This document shows, piece after piece, positions 16,549 to 24,924 of a stretch of 26,703 nt of DNA. A program made the translations under genes and the position numbers. This DNA is from a bacterium (GTDB taxonomy: Bacteria; Patescibacteriota; Microgenomatia; Daviesbacterales; UBA10151): NCBI GenBank assembly GCA_021786105.1, contig JAJYNW010000008.1, positions 1 to 26,703 of the forward strand, in the 5' to 3' direction. The notes under the pieces were generated by a model. The model was not told the origin of the DNA and did not search any database. It saw only the letters and a program-made list of their open reading frames with translations. The first letter of the stretch is position 1. Every line of letters begins with the position of its first letter.

Positions 16549-17560
16549 AATACTCACCCAAGTTTTCGCTCGTTATCCTAAATGGACCACTCCCACTCTC
16601 CACCTGCTTTCTGGCTACTTTCCGGCAGATTGCCTGCAGAGAGCGGGACAAAGACCGAGTGCCCGAATCAAAACCTAAAGGCCGCAAAATCTGCGGCCAA
16701 GCTGCATCATCAATAGTTAATCCGTTTTGATTTATCCCGGCCTCACTGATGGCCTTCGGCAGTAAATAATTTTTGCCAATGGCCAACTTCTCCTCATCCG
16801 AGTAAGAAGGCATCACAATCGGCTCCAGCCTATCCAACACAGCAGTGGCAATATTGCCGGTATTGTTAGCCGTTGCTATAAACAACACCTGGGATAAATC
16901 ATAGGGAAAATCCAAATAATGATCTACAAAAGCCTGGTTTTGGGCCGGATCCAACAACTCCACCAACACCCCCATAATATCCACCCGGTGCTCCGCGGCC
17001 ACCCGATCTATTTCATCCAGCAAAATTACCGGGTTAGAAACTTTAGTAGTTTGAATAGCTTTGATAATTTGGCCGGGTTCGGCGTCTACCCGCATCCTGG
17101 AAGTACCACGGATAGTGGCCGGATCGCCCAAACCGCCAAAAGGAATTCGGGCAATTGGCCGGCCTAAAGATTCAGCAATGGCATAAGCCAAAGAGGTTTT
17201 ACCGGTCCCCACCAAACCAATAAAAGCCAAAATTGGCGCATGAAAATCATTTACCTGCCTGGTTTGCTGGTGCAAAATTAACACTGATAAATATTCTAAA
17301 ATCCGGTCTTTCACTGATTGTAAACCATAATGGTTTTTGTCCAAAATTTGTTTGGCCCGGCTTAAATCTAAAATATCCGGGGCAAGTTTGGAAAAAGGCA
17401 AAGACAGGACAAAATGAACATAATTAATCAAACTTTCTATCTCAGTGCCGGAGCCGGTAAATTTCAAAAGATTAAGCAATTTTTCTTCAATTTCTTGAGG
17501 GAGATTGGCTTGGGTAATATTAATTTTTAACTCTTCAACAACGCTGCGGGCAGAATCCAT
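16538..17560 (-). CDS. LonA-type AAA+ ATPase module without N-terminal or protease domain
   Basis: NHYGLQSVKDRILEYL, Walker A GLVGTGKTS, NPVILLDEID, FVDHYLDFPYDLS.VLFIATAN, LDRLE; ends ITSENLGEYL. Start could be TTG 17572 or ATG 17560. Confidence 0.9.
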   Translation of the reverse strand: MDSARSVVEELKINITQANLPQEIEEKLLNLLKFTGSGTEIESLINYVHFVLSLPFSKLAPDILDLSRAKQILDKNHYGLQSVKDRILEYLSVLILHQQTRQVNDFHAPILAFIGLVGTGKTSLAYAIAESLGRPIARIPFGGLGDPATIRGTSRMRVDAEPGQIIKAIQTTKVSNPVILLDEIDRVAAEHRVDIMGVLVELLDPAQNQAFVDHYLDFPYDLSQVLFIATANNTGNIATAVLDRLEPIVMPSYSDEEKLAIGKNYLLPKAISEAGINQNGLTIDDAAWPQILRPLGFDSGTRSLSRSLQAICRKVARKQVESGSGPFRITSENLGEYLSS

Positions 17561-17727
17561 AATTAGTAACAAACCTTAAAATATAATAATCTAGGTTAGT
17601 AATTATATGATTAAACTACAACTATAGTAAATTACATTACAATAAGTGTGTTAGGTTAAATCATATTTATATTGTATATTTTACCTCAAACGCTATAGTT
17701 TCCCAAGAGGATAATTATTAGACAGAT

Positions 17728-18693
17728 TTAAAAGGAGCTTCTTGCTCCTGTACACATGTATTGAGCTTTCGCTGTTTTAGTTTTGACGTCAACAACACAA
17801 GCTAATCCACAATTACCAGCAACCGGTTTCATTGTTAACCACCACGTTTCAGTATAATCATTGCAATAATCATCCTGATCGGTAAAAGTTCCCTCTTTTA
17901 AACAGTCTGATTGCAATGCAATCTGTTTAGCTTGACTTAAAGAAAGTGCCATATTCGTACTTTGACTTTTGCAAGTTTGGTCAGTTTTTGAATTTTGATC
18001 TAAAAATTTAAAGCTGCTCACAAAACGATCAATGATAGGTTGATCTGGATAATCTAGACCAACTATCAATGACACTCCATGTCCAACAATATACAAACCA
18101 GATAAATTAGGAAAATTAGGATTTGAAAGATCTACAATAGTTGCATCAATGTTTGGAATATTTGCTAATCTTGTTTTAGCTGCCACATTATTCATTTGTT
18201 TTACCAAATCCATTGATGTCCGAGCATCTGATTTAAAAATCTTAATATTAAAACCATCGGGAACTCCAGGGATGGGTTTTTTAGGATCGTAATAAGTTGG
18301 GGTTAGGTATATAAAATCAAGTTTATCAATAGCAATCTCTGGTGGCGTACCCCAAATATACCAATTTTTTGGATAATCAAAAGAAAATCCATATTTTGTA
18401 TTTGTATATGTTTTCCAGTTAGCGGCGTCATCTAAAGGCAAAGTTTGTTTTTGTACCTCTGGAGTTAAAGTCTCATTGTTTTCTGTAACTGTAGGTAAAA
18501 GACTTTGTGAAGTTGAAGATGGTTTAGGAGCAGACTGGGAAATCGGAGAAACTGAAACTTGAGGATTCAAACGAACACCAGTCCTATAGGGCGGGTTCTG
18601 AGTCCGAGATAAATAATATACCCCACCAGCTACTGCTACTAAAACCAGTATTCCAACTAACACATACAATACTGCAAAGCCTTTTTGCTTCAT
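17728..18693 (-). CDS. Prepilin-like-signal surface protein, PsbP-like module plus C-terminal Cys-rich module (family member 4)
   Basis: MKQKG|FAV segment, linker, ANWKTYTNTKYGFSFDYPKNW...SSFKFLDQN, then a 6-Cys module (CNDYTETWW...CGLACVV...MCTG). Confidence 0.88.
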   Translation of the reverse strand: MKQKGFAVLYVLVGILVLVAVAGGVYYLSRTQNPPYRTGVRLNPQVSVSPISQSAPKPSSTSQSLLPTVTENNETLTPEVQKQTLPLDDAANWKTYTNTKYGFSFDYPKNWYIWGTPPEIAIDKLDFIYLTPTYYDPKKPIPGVPDGFNIKIFKSDARTSMDLVKQMNNVAAKTRLANIPNIDATIVDLSNPNFPNLSGLYIVGHGVSLIVGLDYPDQPIIDRFVSSFKFLDQNSKTDQTCKSQSTNMALSLSQAKQIALQSDCLKEGTFTDQDDYCNDYTETWWLTMKPVAGNCGLACVVDVKTKTAKAQYMCTGARSSF

Positions 18694-19845
18694 TTAATCA
18701 AATTTAAAGGTGGATACTATTTTGTCAAACATAGACTCGTTGATAGTTGGCGAGGCAGATGGATTCCATGGCAAATGAGTAATAATAATAAAGGAACCAC
18801 CTTTAGGATTAGGGATTATATACTTTGAATAATGCAGTGTCGCAGGTTCACTCCCTCCCAGTGCTCCCCGGTCTTCCTCCACTTTTATCATCTGAATGTT
18901 ATTAATAGTCACATCCTCTTTTTTACTACTTATTGGGCAATCTTCTTTGCAACCTAAAGTGGGATCTTTATCGCTAGAAGAAATATATATTTGTCCACCT
19001 ATTCGCGCTTCATTTAGCCTATCATCATAGTAAAAAGACATTGTAGCGGGGTATTTAATAGAAAAGTTTACTAAATCAGAAGTATATGTTTTCCAATTAG
19101 AAGTACCTACAGTTTGGTTTTGATCTAAAAACCGAAATGTAGAAAGGATTTGCCTAAATAAATCATCTTGATTTTGGGAACTAATAAGAGCCACATCATA
19201 TATTCGACCATTTTCTACAAAGAAAGAAGCAGATAATATTCCTAATCCATCTGGCTTACCTTCAGTGTAAAACATAGCTTTTATTCCTTTTATAGATATT
19301 TCTTCTTTTTTATTGAATATTCTTCCGTACCAATTTTTCGTGGCAGTTGACTCATGGAATTCTTTCCAATCTTCATATGTACGTAACTTTGGATTTTTAG
19401 CTGTTCGTATTTCTAACCTGAAACCTTTTTTTACCCCGACTATATCGCCACCTTCATGTGGATTCTCGTAATTAGGATCAGGAACATAATCAGGTGATGT
19501 TATATAGATGTCTAAACCGTCATCCTCACGATTTACATCAATAGATTGTTTGATAACCCAAGTCTCAGGATATTTAAAAGTATAATTTTTACCAGTATAA
19601 GTTTTCCAATTAGTAATTTCATCTGAAATTAAGGCAGGTTGTACAGAAGAAACTGGGTGTGGAGTTTGAGAAATAACCTGATTTTGAACTTGAGGTTTAA
19701 TAACTTGGGATTTACCAAAATAAACAAGTTTGTTACTGGCGTAATAATATGCTCCACCGGCTACCATTGCTATTACCAGTATCCCAACTAAAACCAGAAT
19801 TGGAGCAAAACCTTTTTGTTTACACTGAGCATAGTCGAAGTACAT
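18694..19845 (-). CDS. Prepilin-like-signal surface protein with two tandem PsbP-like modules (family member 5)
   Basis: QKG|FAPIL segment; NWKTYT...QILSTFRFLDQN...SNWKTYT...KIVSTFKFD. Confidence 0.88.
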   Translation of the reverse strand: MYFDYAQCKQKGFAPILVLVGILVIAMVAGGAYYYASNKLVYFGKSQVIKPQVQNQVISQTPHPVSSVQPALISDEITNWKTYTGKNYTFKYPETWVIKQSIDVNREDDGLDIYITSPDYVPDPNYENPHEGGDIVGVKKGFRLEIRTAKNPKLRTYEDWKEFHESTATKNWYGRIFNKKEEISIKGIKAMFYTEGKPDGLGILSASFFVENGRIYDVALISSQNQDDLFRQILSTFRFLDQNQTVGTSNWKTYTSDLVNFSIKYPATMSFYYDDRLNEARIGGQIYISSSDKDPTLGCKEDCPISSKKEDVTINNIQMIKVEEDRGALGGSEPATLHYSKYIIPNPKGGSFIIITHLPWNPSASPTINESMFDKIVSTFKFD

Positions 19846-19852
19846 TAATTTT

Positions 19853-19886
19853 AGTATAACATCACTAACTCAATTTGAGATATAAT
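19853..19886. promoter_or_regulatory. Divergent -10 boxes between family member 5 and hicB
   Basis: Minus: TGtTATACT, 7 nt, ATG(19845). Plus: TATAAT, 6 nt, ATG(19893). Small palindrome ctcaa-t-ttgag at 19869-19879. Confidence 0.65.
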
Positions 19887-19892
19887 ACAGAT

Positions 19893-20108
19893 ATGAAAAA
19901 GGTTCATTCGGTTGTTTGGAAAGAAAATAAATGGTACGTGGCTAAAGCTCTGGAAGTAGAGGTTGCAAGTCAAGGTTTAAACGAAAAAGAAGCGTTGGCT
20001 AATCTAAAAGAGGCTTTAGAGTTATACTTTGAAGATCAAGCTAAAGTAGAATTGGCACCTGTAAATAAACCTAAGCTCCAAGATTTAGCCATCCAAGTTC
20101 ATGCCTAA
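19893..20108 (+). CDS. hicB: HicB-like antitoxin (short, no DNA-binding domain); start re-assigned to ATG 19893
   Basis: VVWKE.KWYVA...VASQG...EALANLKEALELYFE. Confidence 0.9.
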   Translation: MKKVHSVVWKENKWYVAKALEVEVASQGLNEKEALANLKEALELYFEDQAKVELAPVNKPKLQDLAIQVHA

Positions 20109-20325
20109 ACTTTATTCTGCCAAAACAATCCTGGCAGCATTACAACGAGCAAATTTTGCTATTATTTCCCAAAAAGGCAGCCATATTAAATTGCACAAAA
20201 GAGAAAACAATAAGATTTTAACCGTAATTGTTCCCAATCATAAAGAAATCGCCATTGGAACATTTATGAGCATCTTAAAACAAGCTGATATGACCAGAAA
20301 AGAATTGGAGAAATTTATTAGGTAA
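20101..20325 (+). CDS. hicA: HicA family toxin
   Basis: F.IISQKGSHIKL...VIVPNHKEIAIGT..SILKQA. Confidence 0.93.
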   Translation: MPKLYSAKTILAALQRANFAIISQKGSHIKLHKRENNKILTVIVPNHKEIAIGTFMSILKQADMTRKELEKFIR

Positions 20326-21310
20326 TCACTGGGTAAATTTAAATGTGGAAAGAATTTGGTCAATATATTCTCTGGTTTTCCCTTCAACTTCTGCACCTTC
20401 TCCAGCTAAACCATTCAGTTTAAAGGTATAGATAGACTAAATGGTTCGATACCATCTTCTGTAGCAAGACCAGCTTTGTAAGTACGTTCGATTACAACAT
20501 CCGTTAGTAGCCATTTCGGCCTGGGGTTTGATTTTTCATTAAATTCTTGCATATACACCTTCGTGTTTTCATCTGGAGGATATTTAATACTAAACAAACC
20601 TTGAGGATCTTTATATGTTTTCCAGTTGGCCCCGATTAAATCGGGGTTGGCAGTTTCATTGTTTGAATTTTGATCTAAAAATTTAAAGGTTGAAATGATT
20701 TTACTGTTCAAACTCTCCGGCTTTCTGTTTGAGGTGGTGCGTATTTGAAGATAGTTATTGTCTTTATAAGGCAAAAAGGTATACCGAGTAAAATAAAAAC
20801 CGCTAGCAAATTCATATCCTGATAAACCATTAATAACAACAGGTACAGGTTTTTGAAGAGGTGGATTAGTATTACCATTGAGTTCTTTAGTAACAAATCC
20901 TGCAACGTTTTACCTTCTAGTGACCCAAAATAAAAAGAGATCTCGCCATCAACCCAATTGCCACTCTCAGAAACCAAAGGGTAACTTGGATCAGGCGTTG
21001 GAGTAGGAGTTAACCTGACAGGATCAACTATATCAACAGAACCATAGGAGCTTTAGCGAACAACAAAATTGGGAGGATATCTAAAACTAAAAATTTTATT
21101 TGGGTCGGTATAGGTTTTCCAATTTCTAGTTTCATCTGAGGATGAAGTTGATGATGGTACGGGTTTAGATGCTTGAGAGACAGTCTGATTTTGAATCTTG
21201 GGACTAGAGTTTTTAGTGGTTCCAAAAAAATATGCTCCACCAGCCACCGATACCAATATCACTATCCCAACCAAAATTAAAATTGTCGCAAAGCCTTTTT
21301 GATAAAACAT
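20326..21310 (-). pseudogene. Disrupted two-module member of the prepilin-signal/PsbP-like family (member 6)
   Basis: Starts MFYQKG|FA; in-frame TAA at 21053-55; 1-nt frameshift near 20895-97; second frameshift near 20425-20437; ends DQILSTFKFTQ-TGA at 20326. Confidence 0.85.
20625..20651. repeat. 15-bp palindrome flanked by a 6-bp direct repeat (in-frame micro-insertion)
   Basis: gttggc-cccgatt-a-aatcggg-gttggc; converts ETANWKT to ETANPDLIGANWKT. Confidence 0.8.
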
Positions 21311-21311
21311 A

Positions 21312-22475
21312 TTAGTTACAAGTTAGAGTTAACTGTTCCCCCTCGCCGCTAGCTTGAGAAGTACAACGAATCACTCTTTTGGTATCTCCAGTCATTAAGT
21401 TAAAAGCATAAATTTCAGCTGCTCCAAATCCCCCATCACCACCTCCACATTGATAATAAACTATGTCCGACATTGTCCATTCTAACAGCTTTTGGCAAGC
21501 AAAATAGGGTATTTCCTGATTAGGAATGACGGTAACTTTTTTAATGCTTTGATCGAGCAACACTAATGCAAAATAGACTTTGTTTTCTATCCCGCCCCCA
21601 CCCTTCTCCACTTCATAACTGATTAGATTTGTACCTTGTTTTGTTTCACAATATTGGACATCAGAAACTGTTTCTCCTGGCAGAGTTTGAGCGACCTTTT
21701 TAATTATCTGTATAAGATTAGCATCAAAGAGAAATTCTTGTTTTTTAGTTACTCCGTCATAGTAACTATAAGAATCTCCATTGCGGCTATAAAGAGGCGT
21801 ACATCTCGTATCCACTAGTTCATCTTCATTAATATTCAGTAATTCTGATGGATAATCTTGTGTTGAAAAAAACTTTTCTTGAGTACCAAAATTTCTTTTG
21901 GCGAATCCTGTCTGATCTTTTTCAGGTCCAGTATCTACCTTAAGAGCAGTCAAGGTAATATTTAAGGTAATTTCTGTATTTTTTGAGTTGGCTATATAAC
22001 CAAGTTCATAAGAGCTGCTATCTCCATCTTTAGCACATTCATCACCAAATACAGATGCGCTCCTTGGAGAAGCATACTCTCCAGCTCCGCCGTTGCAGTG
22101 CCAACCCAACTGCTTGGTAACATTTGCATACCATTTGCCGACTTGGTCAAAATCATCATTGGTCACCCAGCTAAATACCTTAGTATCACAAAAATTGAAA
22201 CCTTGTAGTTGTTGTTTCTGACCACAAGTTGTTGCGCTAGTATTAGTAGTTAATTTAGCATTCGGATAAACTGGGAATCCTTTTAATTCAGGTAATTGAC
22301 TGCTGGAAGAAACATTTCTATCGTTAGCTGCTTGCCTAGAATCGGTCGCAACAGGCATGTCAAGAGATTTATTAAATACTTTGGGAATAAAATAATATGC
22401 CCCACCACCTACTGCTGCAATGACTAGTATCCCAATCAAAACCAAGAAAATTGGAGCAAAACCTTTTTGGGCCAT
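21312..22475 (-). CDS. Prepilin-like-signal, Cys-rich surface protein (family member 7, different cargo domains); start re-assigned to ATG 22475
   Basis: MAQKG|FAPIF segment; GFPVYPNA domain; multiple Cys; TGcTATATT 6 nt before the ATG; the longer ORF overlaps the pnp tail. Confidence 0.87.
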   Translation of the reverse strand: MAQKGFAPIFLVLIGILVIAAVGGGAYYFIPKVFNKSLDMPVATDSRQAANDRNVSSSSQLPELKGFPVYPNAKLTTNTSATTCGQKQQLQGFNFCDTKVFSWVTNDDFDQVGKWYANVTKQLGWHCNGGAGEYASPRSASVFGDECAKDGDSSSYELGYIANSKNTEITLNITLTALKVDTGPEKDQTGFAKRNFGTQEKFFSTQDYPSELLNINEDELVDTRCTPLYSRNGDSYSYYDGVTKKQEFLFDANLIQIIKKVAQTLPGETVSDVQYCETKQGTNLISYEVEKGGGGIENKVYFALVLLDQSIKKVTVIPNQEIPYFACQKLLEWTMSDIVYYQCGGGDGGFGAAEIYAFNLMTGDTKRVIRCTSQASGEGEQLTLTCN

Positions 22476-22506
22476 GAATTTAATATAGCACTTTTGAAGA
22501 TTGAAT

Positions 22507-24837
22507 TTATCTATTGAAGCCACCGCGGCCGCCGCGATCTCGTCCACCACCACTGCGGTTTCTGTCAAATCCACCACTACTGCTTCGAGGTCTGTCTCCA
22601 AATGGACGTCTTGCTCCCCCACCAAAACCACTTCTGGGCCGGTCACCGAATCCACTGCTTCTTGGTCTATCACTAAATGGTCTTCTCTCTCCACCAAATC
22701 CACCACCCCCTCTAGGCCTAAAACCCCCCGAAGGCCTGCCTTCAGATTCCGGTTTCATATCTGCCCCAAATAACATTGATAAACCAATTTTTCCATCCGG
22801 AGTAACATCAGTAACTCTCACTTTAACTTCTTGTCCTTCAGTGACAATATCCTCTGCTCTTTCCACATGCCCGGGAGCCATTTGAGAAATGTGCACCAAT
22901 CCATCTTTACCGGGCAAAATTTCCACAAATGCCCCAAAGGGAGCTAATCTAACTACTTTACCGGTAAATTCCTCTCCTACAGTCACTTGTTTAAATTGGC
23001 CCTCGATTGATTCCAAAGCTGCCTTTATTGAATCAGGATTGGTGGCTGAAACCATCACAGTTCCGTCATCCTCAATATCAATCTGGGCGCCTGTTTTAGC
23101 AATAATACCATTAATATTTTTACCTCCCGGCCCGATCAAAGCTCCGATATCTTCCGGTTTAATGTGAATAATCTCCACCCTTGGAGCATGCGGTGACATT
23201 TCTCCCGGAGCAGCAATAACCTTAATCATCTCACCTAAAATAAACTCGCGGGCTGCCTTACCTTGTTTTAGCGCTTCTTCAATAATCTCAAAAGTGATCC
23301 CGACAAGCTTAGTATCCATTTGAATAGCGGTAATACCGTTTTTGGTCCCGGCTACTTTAAAATCCATTTCGCCGTAAAAATCCTCCACCGCTCGCATATC
23401 CGTGATCACCTGGAATTTATTACCATCTGACAAAAGACCCAAAGCGATACCTGCTACCGGTTCGATCGGTACACCGGCATTAAAAAGGGCTAAAGAGGAA
23501 GCGCAAATTGCAGCCTGAGAAGTTGAAGCATTTGCTCCTAAAACTTCGGAAACAATTCTGATAGCATAAGGAAATTGCTCTTCTTTGGGTATCACCGGTT
23601 CCAATGCCTTTTCACCCAAAGCTCCGTGGCCAATATCCCGTCTCGAAGGAGCACCAATCCTTTTAACTTCACCGGTAGAAAAAGGGTTAATGCCCATGTT
23701 GTAATAATGCATAAACCGCTTAATCCTTTCCCCCTCCATCCCTTCAATTGTCTGGCCCAAAGACGGAGCCCCTAGAGTAACCACGGACAATAATTGCGAA
23801 TCACCTCTGGAAAATAGTGCTGAACCGTGAGTTCTGGGTAAAATCCCCACTTCAATTTCAATTGGCCGGACTTCATCCATCTTCCTGCCGTCAACCCTTT
23901 TACCTTGACCCAATACCAAATCATGCATGATTTCTTTAGCCACCTTGTCAAATACACCGGAAATAATCAGCGGAGTTAAAACATCAGTATATTTTGTCAC
24001 CAATTCTGCTTTAATTTGGTCTGCCATTGAATCATGCCAGGCAGTTTTTTCATCAAATAAAGCTTGTTCAATCCGCTCTTTGGTAATTTGCTTAACTTCT
24101 TTAAGCAAAGATTCTTCAATCTCTTCAGCCAACAGGGAATAAGCTTGTTTTTCCTGACCTGCTTCTTTGGTAAATTCGGAAATTAAGGAAACAATTGCTT
24201 GAGATTCTTTGTGCGCTTCTTTGATAGCATTAAAAACTACCTCATCTGAAACCTGCTTTGCTTTAGCTTCAATCATGGCCACCTTGTCAGCGGTTGCGGC
24301 TACAAATAAATCTAAGTTAGAATTTTCCAATTCCTCTATGGTTGGATTAACCATTAATTTACCCTCAGCTTCACCGATTCTGGCTGCACCTAAAGGACCT
24401 GCCCAAGGAAGACTAGAAATTGACAGGGCGGCTGAGGCGGCAATTAAACCCAAAATATCCGGGTCATTAGATTGATCAATTGATAAAACAGTTACTATAA
24501 CTTGTACTTCATCAGTAAATTCTTTAGGGAAAAGGGGGCGGATAGAGCGGTCAATCAACCTGCCGGTTAAAACAGCTTCTTCGGATGGCCGGGCTTCTCT
24601 TTTAATAAATCTGGAGGAAGAAATTCTTCCGCCGGCGTAATGTTTTTCCACAAACTCTACCGATAAAGGAAAATAGCCTTTATCTTCGGTTAACGGCTGA
24701 CTTGCAACAGTTGCCAAAGCTACTGTCTCTCCCCAGCTTGCCACTACAGCAGCATTAGCTTGCAGAGCCAGTTTCCCGGTCTCGAGTTTTAATTTACGGC
24801 CATTAAGGTCGATTTCTTTTGTTATTACTTTGTTCAT
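22507..24837 (-). CDS. pnp: Polyribonucleotide nucleotidyltransferase with a Gly/Arg-rich C-terminal tail
   Basis: LETGKLA.QA, YFPLSVEF, RLIDRSIRPLFP, RVDGR, HGSALFSRG, EDFYGEMDFKVAGT, KH (IGPGGK) and S1 (FGAFVEI..GLVHISQ) domains. Confidence 0.98.
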   Translation of the reverse strand: MNKVITKEIDLNGRKLKLETGKLALQANAAVVASWGETVALATVASQPLTEDKGYFPLSVEFVEKHYAGGRISSSRFIKREARPSEEAVLTGRLIDRSIRPLFPKEFTDEVQVIVTVLSIDQSNDPDILGLIAASAALSISSLPWAGPLGAARIGEAEGKLMVNPTIEELENSNLDLFVAATADKVAMIEAKAKQVSDEVVFNAIKEAHKESQAIVSLISEFTKEAGQEKQAYSLLAEEIEESLLKEVKQITKERIEQALFDEKTAWHDSMADQIKAELVTKYTDVLTPLIISGVFDKVAKEIMHDLVLGQGKRVDGRKMDEVRPIEIEVGILPRTHGSALFSRGDSQLLSVVTLGAPSLGQTIEGMEGERIKRFMHYYNMGINPFSTGEVKRIGAPSRRDIGHGALGEKALEPVIPKEEQFPYAIRIVSEVLGANASTSQAAICASSLALFNAGVPIEPVAGIALGLLSDGNKFQVITDMRAVEDFYGEMDFKVAGTKNGITAIQMDTKLVGITFEIIEEALKQGKAAREFILGEMIKVIAAPGEMSPHAPRVEIIHIKPEDIGALIGPGGKNINGIIAKTGAQIDIEDDGTVMVSATNPDSIKAALESIEGQFKQVTVGEEFTGKVVRLAPFGAFVEILPGKDGLVHISQMAPGHVERAEDIVTEGQEVKVRVTDVTPDGKIGLSMLFGADMKPESEGRPSGGFRPRGGGGFGGERRPFSDRPRSSGFGDRPRSGFGGGARRPFGDRPRSSSGGFDRNRSGGGRDRGGRGGFNR

Positions 24838-24840
24838 GAA

Positions 24841-24918
24841 TAGTGACTAGTCGCTAGAGTCAAGAGTCTAGGGGAACTAATTTTCCCTTTGACTCTAGAT
24901 TCTCGATTCTAGACTCTT
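24841..24918. repeat. Inverted arrays of degenerate heptamers in the pnp leader
   Basis: tagtgac tagtcgc tagagtc aagagtc tagggga (24841-75) versus gactcta gattctc gattcta gactctt (24891-918). Confidence 0.8.
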
Positions 24919-24924
24919 AAATTG

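Noticed and set aside
12477-17427. Other short overlapping or antisense ORFs within ftsK, rnj and the Lon-like gene
   Set aside because: Overlap well-supported conserved genes and carry no motifs
17573-17727. AT-rich spacer as a possible origin or regulatory region
   Set aside because: No DnaA-box cluster or convincing repeat was found
20415-21310. Three or four independent small genes
   Set aside because: They reconstruct as fragments of one disrupted family member
17728-22475. Diversity-generating retroelement as the source of family variation
   Set aside because: No reverse transcriptase, and no TR/VR pair differing only at adenines was seen; paralog similarity is confined to short anchors
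264-22475. Classical integron with attC sites
   Set aside because: No tyrosine integrase in the window, and paralogs abut with 0-1 nt gaps, leaving no room for attC sites
22476-22706. 77-aa acidic N-terminal extension of the 464-aa ORF
   Set aside because: Alternative-frame read-through of the repetitive pnp tail; the signal motif and -10 box place the start at 22475
22501-24475. Plus-strand ORFs opposite pnp, including the Pro-rich 22514..22885
   Set aside because: Antisense shadows of a conserved gene and its Gly/Arg-rich tail
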